From Dehalococcoidia bacterium (GTDB taxonomy: Bacteria > Chloroflexota > Dehalococcoidia > Bin125), in the NCBI GenBank assembly GCA_965242485.1, contig CBDESM010000003.1, positions 1,819,759 to 1,883,758 of the forward strand: a stretch of 64,000 bases of DNA, given 5' to 3'. The position numbers were made by a program, and so were the translations under genes. This document shows positions 1-8,514 of this stretch, piece after piece. How positions within the stretch are numbered: position 1 is the stretch's first letter; each line of letters starts with the position of its first letter. Below the pieces are notes generated by a model. The model searched no databases. It had not been told where the DNA came from and was given only the letters and a program-made list of their open reading frames with translations.

Positions 1-1800
1 GATGTGGTTCATCCCGACCGTGTACCAGAGCACGACGTCCGCATCCCGCAGCGGCCGCTCCTGCGCGATCCACTTCGGCATTCCCTCGCCTGGCTCGCTC
101 TGCGCCGGGTAATCCCCGCCCGGGTAGCGCTCCGACGGCTCATGCGCCGTCACCCACAGCTGCTTCCGCGCGAACGACGCCCGCCGCGCCGCTGAGGACT
201 CCGCGTCCGCCATCATCGCCACGGTCGTGCCCGGCATCAGCGCGTAGGCCGGCGCTTCCCCCAGCGGATTCCGCTGCGAATCGTTCGCGATCCGCCAGTG
301 CCGCGCGACCGCCGAATTCACGACCCGCCCGCTCTCCGACTCGTCTGCAACTGCCGTTGCCCGCGCCGTGAACGCATTCCCGTGCGGGTTCCCTTCTCCC
401 CGCTGCAGCGGCTCCGTGTCCACCTCGTAGACCGTGTTCAGCCCGCCATCCACCGCCATGTCCAGCCGGAAGGTGAGGAAGTGTTGGTGGATCGCCCCCG
501 CCAGTCCCGGCGCGATCTTGTGCCGCGTCACTTCAGGCTCGTCCTCCGCCACGGCCATCGTCTGCACGATCCCCGTCGCCTTCACCTCGTGCTCCCAGCT
601 CCCATCTTGGTAGAAGTACCAGTAGAACCCGTAGTCGTAGTTGTCCACCGTCGCAATCGAGGACACGACCAGCCGCCGGGATCGGCGCACCCAAGACTGC
701 GGCTCGCCGGTTTCCTCGTCGAGGTAGGTGTGCTTCCACAGGATCCCGTGGTCCTCTTCGTGGATGCAGATCGCGTTCGCAATCGTGATCGCCCCGCCCC
801 GCTCGTCCGTGATCACCCCGTCCATGTAGCGGATCTCGCCCAGGCAGTCGCAGCCCAGCTCCAGCGAGTTGGTCATCCGCCCCAGCCCGCACTCGCCCGA
901 GTCGAACGCGTTCTTGAAGTACTGCCCGACCGTCGGATCCCCGTACGGCACCACCATCTCCGCCACCGAGGCCCGATCGCAGATCCGCCGCAGCCGCCCG
1001 CCGTCCTCGTACCCGATCTCGTGCAGCACCAGCCCCTCGCGCGGATGCAGCGAGACCCGCATCTGCCATTTCTGCCAGCGCAGCAGATGCCCCTCCAGCG
1101 TGAACGACGGGCCCTCCGCCTGCACGATCTCCAGCGGCTTCTGCCCGCTCCGCTCCGGCCCCGCGCAATCATGGTCGAACCGCATCGCCGCCCGCGGCGG
1201 CCGCGGATTCGGATGATCCTCCAGCTCCAGCACCCGCCCCTCGATCAGGTCCACGATCGCCACCAGCCCCTCGACCGGCCGCCCGTAGTAGCCGTCGTCG
1301 TCGGGCGACTCCCGCAGATACGACAGCCCCTTCAGGATGCGGTGCTCCCGCTCCCACTTCGATCCGAAATTGCCCACCGGCCACAAGTGCAGGAAGGCCG
1401 TCTCGATCTCCCGCTCGCTCGCCCCCCGCGCCGCCATTGCCGCCCGCCAGCCCGCATCTGCCCGAATCGCCGCATCCGCCCGCTCGTACTCCTCCCGCAG
1501 CGCGTAGGGCTGCACGCCCGGCTGCTCAATCGCGGATTCGACCGCGCCGGCATCCAGATCGACGACGATCTCCGTCGTCTCGCCCGTCTCCGCATCGAAG
1601 CAGACCAGCTCGGCCAGCCGCGCCGGCGACGCTTCCCCCTTCGGCGGATCCAGCGCCGCCACCAGCGGGAACCGCAGCGATGCCCGCATTCCCAAGTGCT
1701 CCGCGGCGATCGCCGAAGCCCGCCCGATCTCATCCGCCGTCAGCGGATCCAGCGGATGCGCGGCTATCCGCGTCGCAACCGCCGTCTGGAGCTCAGGCAT
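1..1800 (-). CDS. Copper (TPQ) primary amine oxidase, paralog 1. The C-terminus runs off the window start.
   Basis: Absent from the ORF track because there is no stop inside the window. Manual reverse translation from the ATG at 1798-1800 gives MPELQTAVATRIAAHPLDPLTADEIGRASAIAAEHLG.... The TPQ motif ATVDNYDYGFYWYFYQDG (about 601-654) and the terminal ERPLRDADVVLWYTVGMNHI (1-60) are in the same frame (600 codons). No complete minus-strand ORF is listed in that frame. Colinear with the paralog at 1793-3811. Confidence 0.85.
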   Translation of the reverse strand, partial: MPELQTAVATRIAAHPLDPLTADEIGRASAIAAEHLGMRASLRFPLVAALDPPKGEASPARLAELVCFDAETGETTEIVVDLDAGAVESAIEQPGVQPYALREEYERADAAIRADAGWRAAMAARGASEREIETAFLHLWPVGNFGSKWEREHRILKGLSYLRESPDDDGYYGRPVEGLVAIVDLIEGRVLELEDHPNPRPPRAAMRFDHDCAGPERSGQKPLEIVQAEGPSFTLEGHLLRWQKWQMRVSLHPREGLVLHEIGYEDGGRLRRICDRASVAEMVVPYGDPTVGQYFKNAFDSGECGLGRMTNSLELGCDCLGEIRYMDGVITDERGGAITIANAICIHEEDHGILWKHTYLDEETGEPQSWVRRSRRLVVSSIATVDNYDYGFYWYFYQDGSWEHEVKATGIVQTMAVAEDEPEVTRHKIAPGLAGAIHQHFLTFRLDMAVDGGLNTVYEVDTEPLQRGEGNPHGNAFTARATAVADESESGRVVNSAVARHWRIANDSQRNPLGEAPAYALMPGTTVAMMADAESSAARRASFARKQLWVTAHEPSERYPGGDYPAQSEPGEGMPKWIAQERPLRDADVVLWYTVGMNHI

Positions 1801-3811
1801 GTCCGTTGTGCGAGGCGTGGCCGCCGCCGCTTTCGCCGTCCTCGTGCGCGCAATGCTCCGGCATCGGCACGTCCAGCGCCGGGTTGCGGTCGAAGAACCC
1901 CCACGGCTTCATCGCGAACCCGGCCCGGTGCACCGGCGCGACCGGCCAGTCCTCCGGCGTCACCACGTGGTTCATCCCGACCGTGTACCAGAGCACCACG
2001 TCCGCGTCCTGCAGCGGCCGCCCCTGCGCCGTCCACTTCGGCATCCCCTCGCCGCCCTCGCTCTGGTTCGGGTAGTCCCCGGCCGGGTACCGCTCCGACG
2101 GGTCGTACGCCGTCACCCAGAGCTGCTTGCGCGCGAACTGCGCCCGCTGCCCGACCGCCGAATCCTCGGCCGCCATCATGTCCACCGTCTCGCCCGGCAT
2201 CAGCGCGTAGGCCGGCGCGTTGCCCAGCGGGTTGGCCGTCCCGTCGTTCGCGATCCGCCAGTGCCGCGCCGCCGCCGAGTTCACCTTGCGCCCGCCCTCG
2301 GCCTCGTTCGCGATCGGCCGCGCCCGCGCCGTGAAGGCGTTGCCCAGCGGATTCTCCGGCCCACGCGGCAGCGGCACGGTGTCCACCTCGTAGACCGTGT
2401 TCGCGCCCCCGTCCACCTCCATGTCCAGCCGGAAGCTGAAGAAATGCTGATGGATCGGCCCCGCCAGGTTCGGCGCGATCTTGTGCCGCGTCAGCTGTGG
2501 GTCGTCGTCCGCGATCGCCGCCGTCTGCACGATCCCCGTCGCCTTGATCTCCATCTCCCAGGTCCCGTCCTGGTAGAAGTACCAGTAGAACCCGTAGTCG
2601 TAGTTGCCGACCGTCGCGATCGCCGACACCACCAGCCGCCGCGAGCGTCGCACCCAGGACTCCGGCGCGCCCGTTTCCGGGTTCTGGTAGGTGTGCTTCC
2701 ACAGCACCCCGAAATCTTCCTCGTGGATGCAGATCGCGTTCTTGATCGTCCGCGCGCCCCCGCGCTCGTCCGTCACGTGCCCGTCCATGTAGCGAATCTC
2801 ACCCAAGCAGTCGCAGCCCAGTTCCAGCGAATTCGTCAGCCGCCCCAGCCCGCCGACCTCGCCCGAGTCGAACGCGTTCTTGAAGTACTGCGACGCGCCC
2901 GGGTCCCCGTAGGGCACCACCATCTCCGCCATCGAGGCGCGCCGGCAGATCGGCCGCAGCCGCGCCTCCGGCCGCGTCCCGTTGCGCGAGTAGCCCGGCC
3001 CCGCCAGCGGATCCGCCCCCGCGTCGTCCCAGTACCCGATCTCGTGCAGCACCAGCCCCTCGCGCGGGTGCAGCCCCACCCGCATCTGCCACTTCTGCCA
3101 GCGCAGCAGGTGCCCTTCCAGCGCGAACGATGGCCCCTCGGCTTGCACGATCTCCAGCGGCTTCAGGTCCGCCCGCGGCGCGCCCCCGTGATCGTGATCG
3201 AACCGCAGCGCCGTCTTCGGCGTCGGCCCGCCCGGCTCGTCGATGATCTCCAGCACCCGGTTCTCGACCAAATCGACGACCGCGACCAGCCCTTCCACCG
3301 GGCGCCCGTACCCGTTGTCCCCCGCCGTCTCCCGCAGGTACGCGATCCCCTTCAGGATGCGGTGCCCCCGCTCCCACTCCGTCCCGAAATTCCCGCCCGG
3401 CCATGGATCGATCTGGCAGTTCTCGATCTCCTCATCCGAAATCCCGCGCCCGCGCATCGCCGCCTGCCAGCCCACATCCGCCCGGATCGCCGCCTCGGCC
3501 CGCCCGAACTCCTCCATCAGCGGAAACGCCTGCGCGTCCGGCCGCTCCACTGCCGACTCGACCGAGCCGGCGTCGAGGTCCACGACCGCTTCCGTCGCCA
3601 GCCCCGTCGCCGTATCGAGCACGATCAGCTCCGCCCGCCGTCGCTCGTCGCCCGACCCCTTCACCGGCTCCAGCCCCGCCACTAGCGGGAACCGCAGCGT
3701 CTCCGCCCCGCCCAAGTGGGCCTTCGCGATCTCCGAAGCCCGCGAGATCTCATCCCCCGAAAGCGGATCCAGCAGATGCACCCCCACGCGCTCCGCAGCA
3801 GCAGTCGCCAT
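1793..3811 (-). CDS. Copper (TPQ) primary amine oxidase, paralog 2
   Basis: Complete 672-aa ORF. It has the TPQ consensus GNYDYGFYWYFYQDG and the His ligand motif GPIHQHFFSFRLD, and is colinear with bacterial copper amine oxidases. A GGAGG RBS precedes the ATG at 3811. Its stop (1793-1795) overlaps the ATG of paralog 1 (1798-1800). Confidence 0.93.
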   Translation of the reverse strand: MATAAAERVGVHLLDPLSGDEISRASEIAKAHLGGAETLRFPLVAGLEPVKGSGDERRRAELIVLDTATGLATEAVVDLDAGSVESAVERPDAQAFPLMEEFGRAEAAIRADVGWQAAMRGRGISDEEIENCQIDPWPGGNFGTEWERGHRILKGIAYLRETAGDNGYGRPVEGLVAVVDLVENRVLEIIDEPGGPTPKTALRFDHDHGGAPRADLKPLEIVQAEGPSFALEGHLLRWQKWQMRVGLHPREGLVLHEIGYWDDAGADPLAGPGYSRNGTRPEARLRPICRRASMAEMVVPYGDPGASQYFKNAFDSGEVGGLGRLTNSLELGCDCLGEIRYMDGHVTDERGGARTIKNAICIHEEDFGVLWKHTYQNPETGAPESWVRRSRRLVVSAIATVGNYDYGFYWYFYQDGTWEMEIKATGIVQTAAIADDDPQLTRHKIAPNLAGPIHQHFFSFRLDMEVDGGANTVYEVDTVPLPRGPENPLGNAFTARARPIANEAEGGRKVNSAAARHWRIANDGTANPLGNAPAYALMPGETVDMMAAEDSAVGQRAQFARKQLWVTAYDPSERYPAGDYPNQSEGGEGMPKWTAQGRPLQDADVVLWYTVGMNHVVTPEDWPVAPVHRAGFAMKPWGFFDRNPALDVPMPEHCAHEDGESGGGHASHNGHA

Positions 3812-3897
3812 AACGCACCTCCATCAACCGTCTCACCCGCAAGCATAGCGATCCCGGCAGCGCACTAGTCCACCCCGGCCCCGCGAGCGCGCCCCGA

Positions 3898-4020
3898 TCC
3901 CGAACTGCGACATCGACTGTCAAGGCTGCAAACCAGCCATGCCTGCGCCGATCAGCGGCGGAAGACGGCTTATCCCCCGCTATTCGTCCCGAACTGCGCC
4001 AACCTGCTGCAAATGCCTGC
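3898..4020. repeat. Two copies of a direct-repeat module upstream of the amine oxidase gene
   Basis: The exact 12-mer TCCCGAACTGCG occurs at 3898-3909 and 3987-3998. Each copy is followed by GCTGCAAA...ATGCCTGC (3925-3946 and 4006-4020). Confidence 0.8.
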
Positions 4021-4087
4021 AACACCGCTCGGGCGCTCCGGATTCCCGCGGAGAGAACGATCAGTTCGAGAGAGCGGGCCGCTGATC

Positions 4088-4121
4088 TACTGTCACTACT
4101 GTAAACGCAGTAGTGACAGTA
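4088..4121. repeat. Perfect 14-bp inverted repeat (IR1), 6-nt spacer
   Basis: TACTGTCACTACTG (4088-4101), spacer taaacg, then CAGTAGTGACAGTA (4108-4121). It lies in an unusually A/T-rich part of a 497-bp non-coding gap. Confidence 0.9.
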
Positions 4122-4255
4122 CTGATCGCCATCGCTGGCAGAGGGCGCGGTTGCTCAAGCGCCCGGCAGTGTCCAAGTCCGCGCGCCGCAAGCGGCGACG
4201 GCCCGCTCTGTCTGCCGGACGCCGCCGACTCGGAACCGCCACTATCACTGCATCA

Positions 4256-4291
4256 CTACTGCAACTACTTGTTTGACAGTAGTTGCAGTAG
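4256..4291. repeat. Perfect 14-bp inverted repeat (IR2), 8-nt spacer, related to IR1
   Basis: CTACTGCAACTACT (4256-4269), spacer tgtttgac, then AGTAGTTGCAGTAG (4278-4291). It sits 17 nt 3' of the stop of the minus-strand gene 4309-5721. No U-tract follows it on that strand. Confidence 0.9.
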
Positions 4292-4308
4292 AACGCGGCG
4301 AAGATGGC

Positions 4309-5721
4309 TCAAGTCCGGCGAATGACCCAATGGGCCTGCGGGTCGGTGCGGCTCTTGGCCACGCGGCGCACCAGTCCGGCGTCGGCGAGCGCGTTCAGGT
4401 GGCGCAGCGCCGTCGGGCGGACGATCCCGGCCATCGCCGCGATTTCGCCCGTCCGCAATTGCCCCGCTCCGCCGATCATTTCATAGATCGCCTGCGCGAG
4501 CTCGGACATCTCCCGCAGCTTCTCAGATTCGGCGGTGGGCCCCCGCAACGTGACGCGGACGCCGCCGGGCGTCGGATGCACGGAGGGCGCCGGCCGGTCG
4601 CTCAGCTCCATGATCTCCACCATCCGCCGCAAGCCTTCGCCCAAATCCTGTCCGTACTCGAGCTCGGCCATCACCCGCGCGATCCTCGGATTCCGCGGAA
4701 ACCGGCGCACCCCGCGCAAATCCGTCGGCGGTGCGCCGCCGGGGAACATGCCGGGATTCACGACCTCGATCCGATCATTGAAGATCGATACCCGGATGTG
4801 ATCGCCGGAATCGCTGTAGGCGCGATGCACGACGGCGTTGACCAGCGCTTCCAGCCACGCGTCCTCGGGGATGATCGGAGTCCAGACGAAGCGGCCGTCC
4901 GGGCCCAGCGCGCGCATCGTCGGAATTTCCTCAACTACGACGCCCTTGGCCTGTTCGATCTGTTCCGGCAGGCGGCCCTCGCAGCGCACGTCCCGCGCCA
5001 AATTCTGGCTCGCTCCCGTCCGCGCGTCCGTGCCTTGGTAGCGGAGCACGCGCACATGCGCCTGCGGGTAGGCGTTCTGCGGGTGGACGCCGAAGAGCAG
5101 CGCGCCCGCGCTCAGCAGCGCCCCGTCTTCGCCTTCCAGCCCCCGCGCGTTGAGGATCCGTTCCGGTTCGGGATGCCCGATCCGCTCGGCGTAGGCCTCC
5201 AACGCGCGCCGATCCAATGCGACCGAAAGGCCCGCCGGCAGCGGCTGTAATTCATAGGCGATGTTCCCGCGCTCGTACTCGAACGCAGTGCGCTCGTCGA
5301 ACTGCAGCTTGTAGTCGGAATCGCCGACCCGGCGGTACACCTCGTCCTTCCGCGTCACATGCACGCGGCCGCTCGGGGGAATCTCGATCAACAGCACGCG
5401 ATCGCGGGCGCCCTCGCTGGTGATGCACGCCGCTTCGGTCGCTGAGAACGGCACGGCCGGCCGGGTGTGCTCACGGCCGGCTTGCAGCCATCCGTTCAAT
5501 GCGCGGGAATCGTCGCCGATCCCCTCGCATTTGCCGTCGTGCAATCCGATCGCCAGCATCCCCCCGTCGGCGTTGGCGAAGGAGATCAGCGGGATCGCCA
5601 GATCGCGGGGCTTGATCCGCGCCGACTTCCGGTCGAACCACTGGCCCTCCGGTTCGGCCAGCAGCATCGCGGTCGCCTGCTCGGGCGGCAGTTGCTTCAG
5701 CTGATCTGCAGGCGGCAGCAT
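4309..5721 (-). CDS. Schlafen/AlbA_2-domain putative transcriptional regulator (RecG-like HATPase_c_4 plus C-terminal wHTH)
   Basis: 470 aa. The N-terminal FDRKSARIKPRDLAIPLISFANADGGMLAIGLHDG matches the AlbA_2 pattern. The central WLEALVNAVVHRAYSDSGDHIRVSIFNDRIEVVNPG matches the RecG-C/HATPase_c_4 pattern. The C-terminal LRTGEIAAMAGIVRPTALRHLNALADAGLV looks like a wHTH. Confidence 0.8.
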   Translation of the reverse strand: MLPPADQLKQLPPEQATAMLLAEPEGQWFDRKSARIKPRDLAIPLISFANADGGMLAIGLHDGKCEGIGDDSRALNGWLQAGREHTRPAVPFSATEAACITSEGARDRVLLIEIPPSGRVHVTRKDEVYRRVGDSDYKLQFDERTAFEYERGNIAYELQPLPAGLSVALDRRALEAYAERIGHPEPERILNARGLEGEDGALLSAGALLFGVHPQNAYPQAHVRVLRYQGTDARTGASQNLARDVRCEGRLPEQIEQAKGVVVEEIPTMRALGPDGRFVWTPIIPEDAWLEALVNAVVHRAYSDSGDHIRVSIFNDRIEVVNPGMFPGGAPPTDLRGVRRFPRNPRIARVMAELEYGQDLGEGLRRMVEIMELSDRPAPSVHPTPGGVRVTLRGPTAESEKLREMSELAQAIYEMIGGAGQLRTGEIAAMAGIVRPTALRHLNALADAGLVRRVAKSRTDPQAHWVIRRT

Positions 5722-5824
5722 CGTCGGCTCGGCCTCGATGGTCCATTCGGCGGTGCGGAACGAAAGAGGGGGCGCGGGCGATCCGCCCGCGCCCCCTCGG
5801 GTGCGCTCTCTCGCGCGGCGGCCG

Positions 5825-7129
5825 TTAGACGGCTTCGAGGATCGTGCTGATCCCCATGCCGGCGCCGATGCACTGCGTCGCCAGGCCGTACTTGCTGCCG
5901 CTGCGGTTCAGCTCGCGGGCGACCGTGGTGACCAGCCGCGTGCCCGTCGCGCCCAGCGGGTGGCCGATGGCCAGGCTGCCGCCGTTCACGTTCACTGCGT
6001 CGGGGTTCAGCCCGATCTCCTTGACGCTCGGGATGACCTGCGCCGCGAACGCCTCGTTGAACTCGACCCGGTCGATCTCGCCGGCGTCGACGCCCGCGTG
6101 CGCCAGCGCCTTGCGGGTCGCCGGCACCGGGCCCATGCCCATGATCTGCGGCTTGACTCCGCCGACGCCGAAGCCGATCAGCCGCGCCAGCGGCTCCAGC
6201 CCCAGTTCCGCGGCCTTCCGCTCGCTCATCAGCAGCGCCGCCGTGAACCCGTCGTTCGTCGGGCAGCTGTTGCCCGCCGTGATCCGGATCTCCTGCTGTT
6301 GGTGGCTGACCGTGCCGCGCACCGTGCGCAGCCCGCTCAGCCCCTCGAAGTTCGTGCCCGGGCGGAAGCCCTCGTCGATGGCCACGACCTTCCGCTCCCC
6401 GCGCTCCTCGAGCAGCAGGTTGCCCTCGTCGTCGAACACCGGCAGCTCGACCTCGACCGGCACGATCTCGTCCTTGTAGAACCCGGCCGCCGTCGCCTCG
6501 CCGTACTTGCGGTGGCTCTCCACCGCGAACTCGTCCAGCGTCTCCCGGCTCAGGTCGTACATCTCGGCCACGTTCTGCGCCGTCTGCAGCATCGAGCAGA
6601 CCGGCGACGAGTCCAGGATCGCCTCCGGGATCGGCACCGAGAAGTCCAGCCCGTGGTCGTGCGCCAGGTTGCGCTGCTGCTCGTTCATCTCGTGCCGCTT
6701 CGAGTTGAACTCGGTGATCCGGTTCGGCTCGGCGCCGCCCCCGCCGCCCAGCTGGCGGCCCATCCGCTCCACGCCCAGCGCGATCCCCACGTCGATCGCG
6801 CCGACCATGATCTCCTGCGCCACCCGGTGCAGCGTCTCCATCGAGGAGCCGCACTGCCGGTTCGAGTCGAAGGTGCAGACCGACTCGGGCAGCCCGGCCA
6901 GCCGCGCGATGTGGTTCGCGCCGATCCCGGCCAGCTCGGCCACGCCGCCGACGCAGCCCATCCCCACGTCCTCGATCATCTCCGGCGCCACCTTCGGGTT
7001 GCGGCCCAGCAGCGCCTGCAGCACCTGCACCGCCACGTCGTCAAGCCGCGTCGCGGTGAACGCCCCGCGGCCGCCTCGCGTGAACGCGGAGCGCGCGCCG
7101 TCGACGATCACGACATTCTGGAGTTCCAT
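5825..7129 (-). CDS. Acetyl-CoA C-acetyltransferase / thiolase
   Basis: MELQNVVIVDGARSAFTRGGRGAF... is a thiolase N-terminus, and the C-terminal NVNGGSLAIGHPLGATGTRL and CIGAGMG are thiolase signatures. The start was moved to the ATG at 7129 (RBS AAGGAA); the ORF-track start at 7207 adds non-homologous residues. Confidence 0.92.
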   Translation of the reverse strand: MELQNVVIVDGARSAFTRGGRGAFTATRLDDVAVQVLQALLGRNPKVAPEMIEDVGMGCVGGVAELAGIGANHIARLAGLPESVCTFDSNRQCGSSMETLHRVAQEIMVGAIDVGIALGVERMGRQLGGGGGAEPNRITEFNSKRHEMNEQQRNLAHDHGLDFSVPIPEAILDSSPVCSMLQTAQNVAEMYDLSRETLDEFAVESHRKYGEATAAGFYKDEIVPVEVELPVFDDEGNLLLEERGERKVVAIDEGFRPGTNFEGLSGLRTVRGTVSHQQQEIRITAGNSCPTNDGFTAALLMSERKAAELGLEPLARLIGFGVGGVKPQIMGMGPVPATRKALAHAGVDAGEIDRVEFNEAFAAQVIPSVKEIGLNPDAVNVNGGSLAIGHPLGATGTRLVTTVARELNRSGSKYGLATQCIGAGMGISTILEAV

Positions 7130-7216
7130 GGTCTCGTTCCTTTCGCACCTGTTCAGGTGTCGGTTGCCGTTCCGCAGTCTAGCCCCTCGCGGGACCGGAC
7201 CGTCCAAGCCGCGCGT

Positions 7217-8398
7217 CTAGACCTCGTGCCGGTAGATCCGCGCCGCGTTCCGCTGCAGCACGTTCTGCAGATCCTGCTCGGGCAGCACGCTCAGCACCTG
7301 CTCCACGTGGTCCTTCGGCGCGAGCGAGGTCGAGGCCGGCCCCGGCGAGAGGCTGGTCGGGTGCGGGAAGTCCGTCTCGAACAGCAGGTTCTCCGAGCCG
7401 ATCTGCTCGATCGTCTTCAGCGCCGAGGGGCCCTCGAACCAGAAGCAGGCGTAGCACTGCCGCTTGAAGTACTCGCTCGGCAGCAGGTCCATCTCCGGGT
7501 GCTCCTCGCGGCAGCCCGAGTTCTCCCACTGCCAGTCCATCGCCTCCAGCAGGTAGGGCACCCAGCCCACCCCGCTTTCGACCGAGACGAAGTTCAGCTT
7601 CGGGAAGCGGTGGCACATCCCCGACAGCACCACGTCGAGGATCGCGTTCGAGTTGTCCAGGAACAGCTTCACCGTCGACTTCGCGTAGGCCGCCTGGCGC
7701 CCGTTGTCGACCGTGATGTTGCGCAGCTCGGTCAGATCCCCGGAGCCGATGTGGAAGTTGATCGACAGCCCCATCTCCTCCGCCTGGTGCCAGAGCGGAT
7801 CCCAGTGCCGCTCCGTCAGCCGCGGCAGCCCGAAGACATGCGGCTGGTTCGTCATCAGCACGCCCTTGTGCCCCAGCAGCTGCGCCCGCTGCATCTCCTC
7901 GACGCAGGCCTGCACGTCCCAGAACGGCATCGCCATGATCGGGATGAACCGCTCCGGCGCCGCGCTGGTCCACTCGATCAGGAAGTCGTTGTAGGCCCGC
8001 ACGCACTCCAGCCGCAGCGCCTCGTCCGTCATGGTCAGGAAGTTGCCGCTGCCGAACCCGCCCACGTTGGGGTAGACGACCTGCGCCCACATCCCGTACT
8101 CGTCCATCCGCTCCAAGCGGTCCCGCATGTCGAACGAGCCGTGGTCCGCGTCCCGCAGGCTCGGCGGGTGGCTCGGCGGCGGCTCCTTCCAGCCCGCCAT
8201 CGCCGCGCCCGCCGTCGGCATGAACTTCTTGCCGCCCATCACCCAGCGGTCCTCGTTGATCTCCGGATCGAAGATCACGTGCGGCACCAAGTCGCCCCAC
8301 TTCTTCGTCGACACGCGCTCCGTCCACAGGTTCTCCGGCTCCGACACGTGCGTATCGGCGTCGATCACCTTGATCCGGTCCACGATCATCTCGGCCAT
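7217..8398 (-). CDS. Amidohydrolase-2 family metal-dependent hydrolase (ACMSD-like)
   Basis: MAEMIVDRIKVIDADTHVSEPENLW... carries the DxH metal motif, and ETDFPHPTS lies near the C-terminus. The start was set at the ATG at 8398 with RBS GGAGAG; the 440-aa track ORF has an implausible N-extension. Confidence 0.85.
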   Translation of the reverse strand: MAEMIVDRIKVIDADTHVSEPENLWTERVSTKKWGDLVPHVIFDPEINEDRWVMGGKKFMPTAGAAMAGWKEPPPSHPPSLRDADHGSFDMRDRLERMDEYGMWAQVVYPNVGGFGSGNFLTMTDEALRLECVRAYNDFLIEWTSAAPERFIPIMAMPFWDVQACVEEMQRAQLLGHKGVLMTNQPHVFGLPRLTERHWDPLWHQAEEMGLSINFHIGSGDLTELRNITVDNGRQAAYAKSTVKLFLDNSNAILDVVLSGMCHRFPKLNFVSVESGVGWVPYLLEAMDWQWENSGCREEHPEMDLLPSEYFKRQCYACFWFEGPSALKTIEQIGSENLLFETDFPHPTSLSPGPASTSLAPKDHVEQVLSVLPEQDLQNVLQRNAARIYRHEV

Positions 8399-8514
8399 CT
8401 CAGCTCTCCATCCCGCCGCCGCAAGCCTTCTCCAGCGGCCCTGCCAAGATAGCAACTCCGCCGTCCTGTCAACACCCGGTTGGGAGCAGTACCATCCTCT
8501 CCGGAGGTTCGGAG

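Noticed and set aside
298-2334. 678-aa plus-strand ORF (and similar ones at 1799-3685 and 1437-2075) overlapping the amine oxidase genes
   Set aside because: They are antisense to clearly conserved amine oxidase frames. Their extreme Arg/Pro/His/Ala composition with low complexity is the typical open antisense frame of high-GC DNA.
4088-4121. LexA/SOS-box resemblance (TACTGT...ACAGTA ends of IR1)
   Set aside because: The spacing does not fit CTGT-N8-ACAG (outer arms N24; inner arms CTG-N6-CAG). No SOS gene lies downstream.
5738-8452. 904-aa plus-strand ORF spanning the thiolase and amidohydrolase loci
   Set aside because: It is antisense to two well-supported genes, is Arg/Pro/Leu/His-rich, and has no motif.
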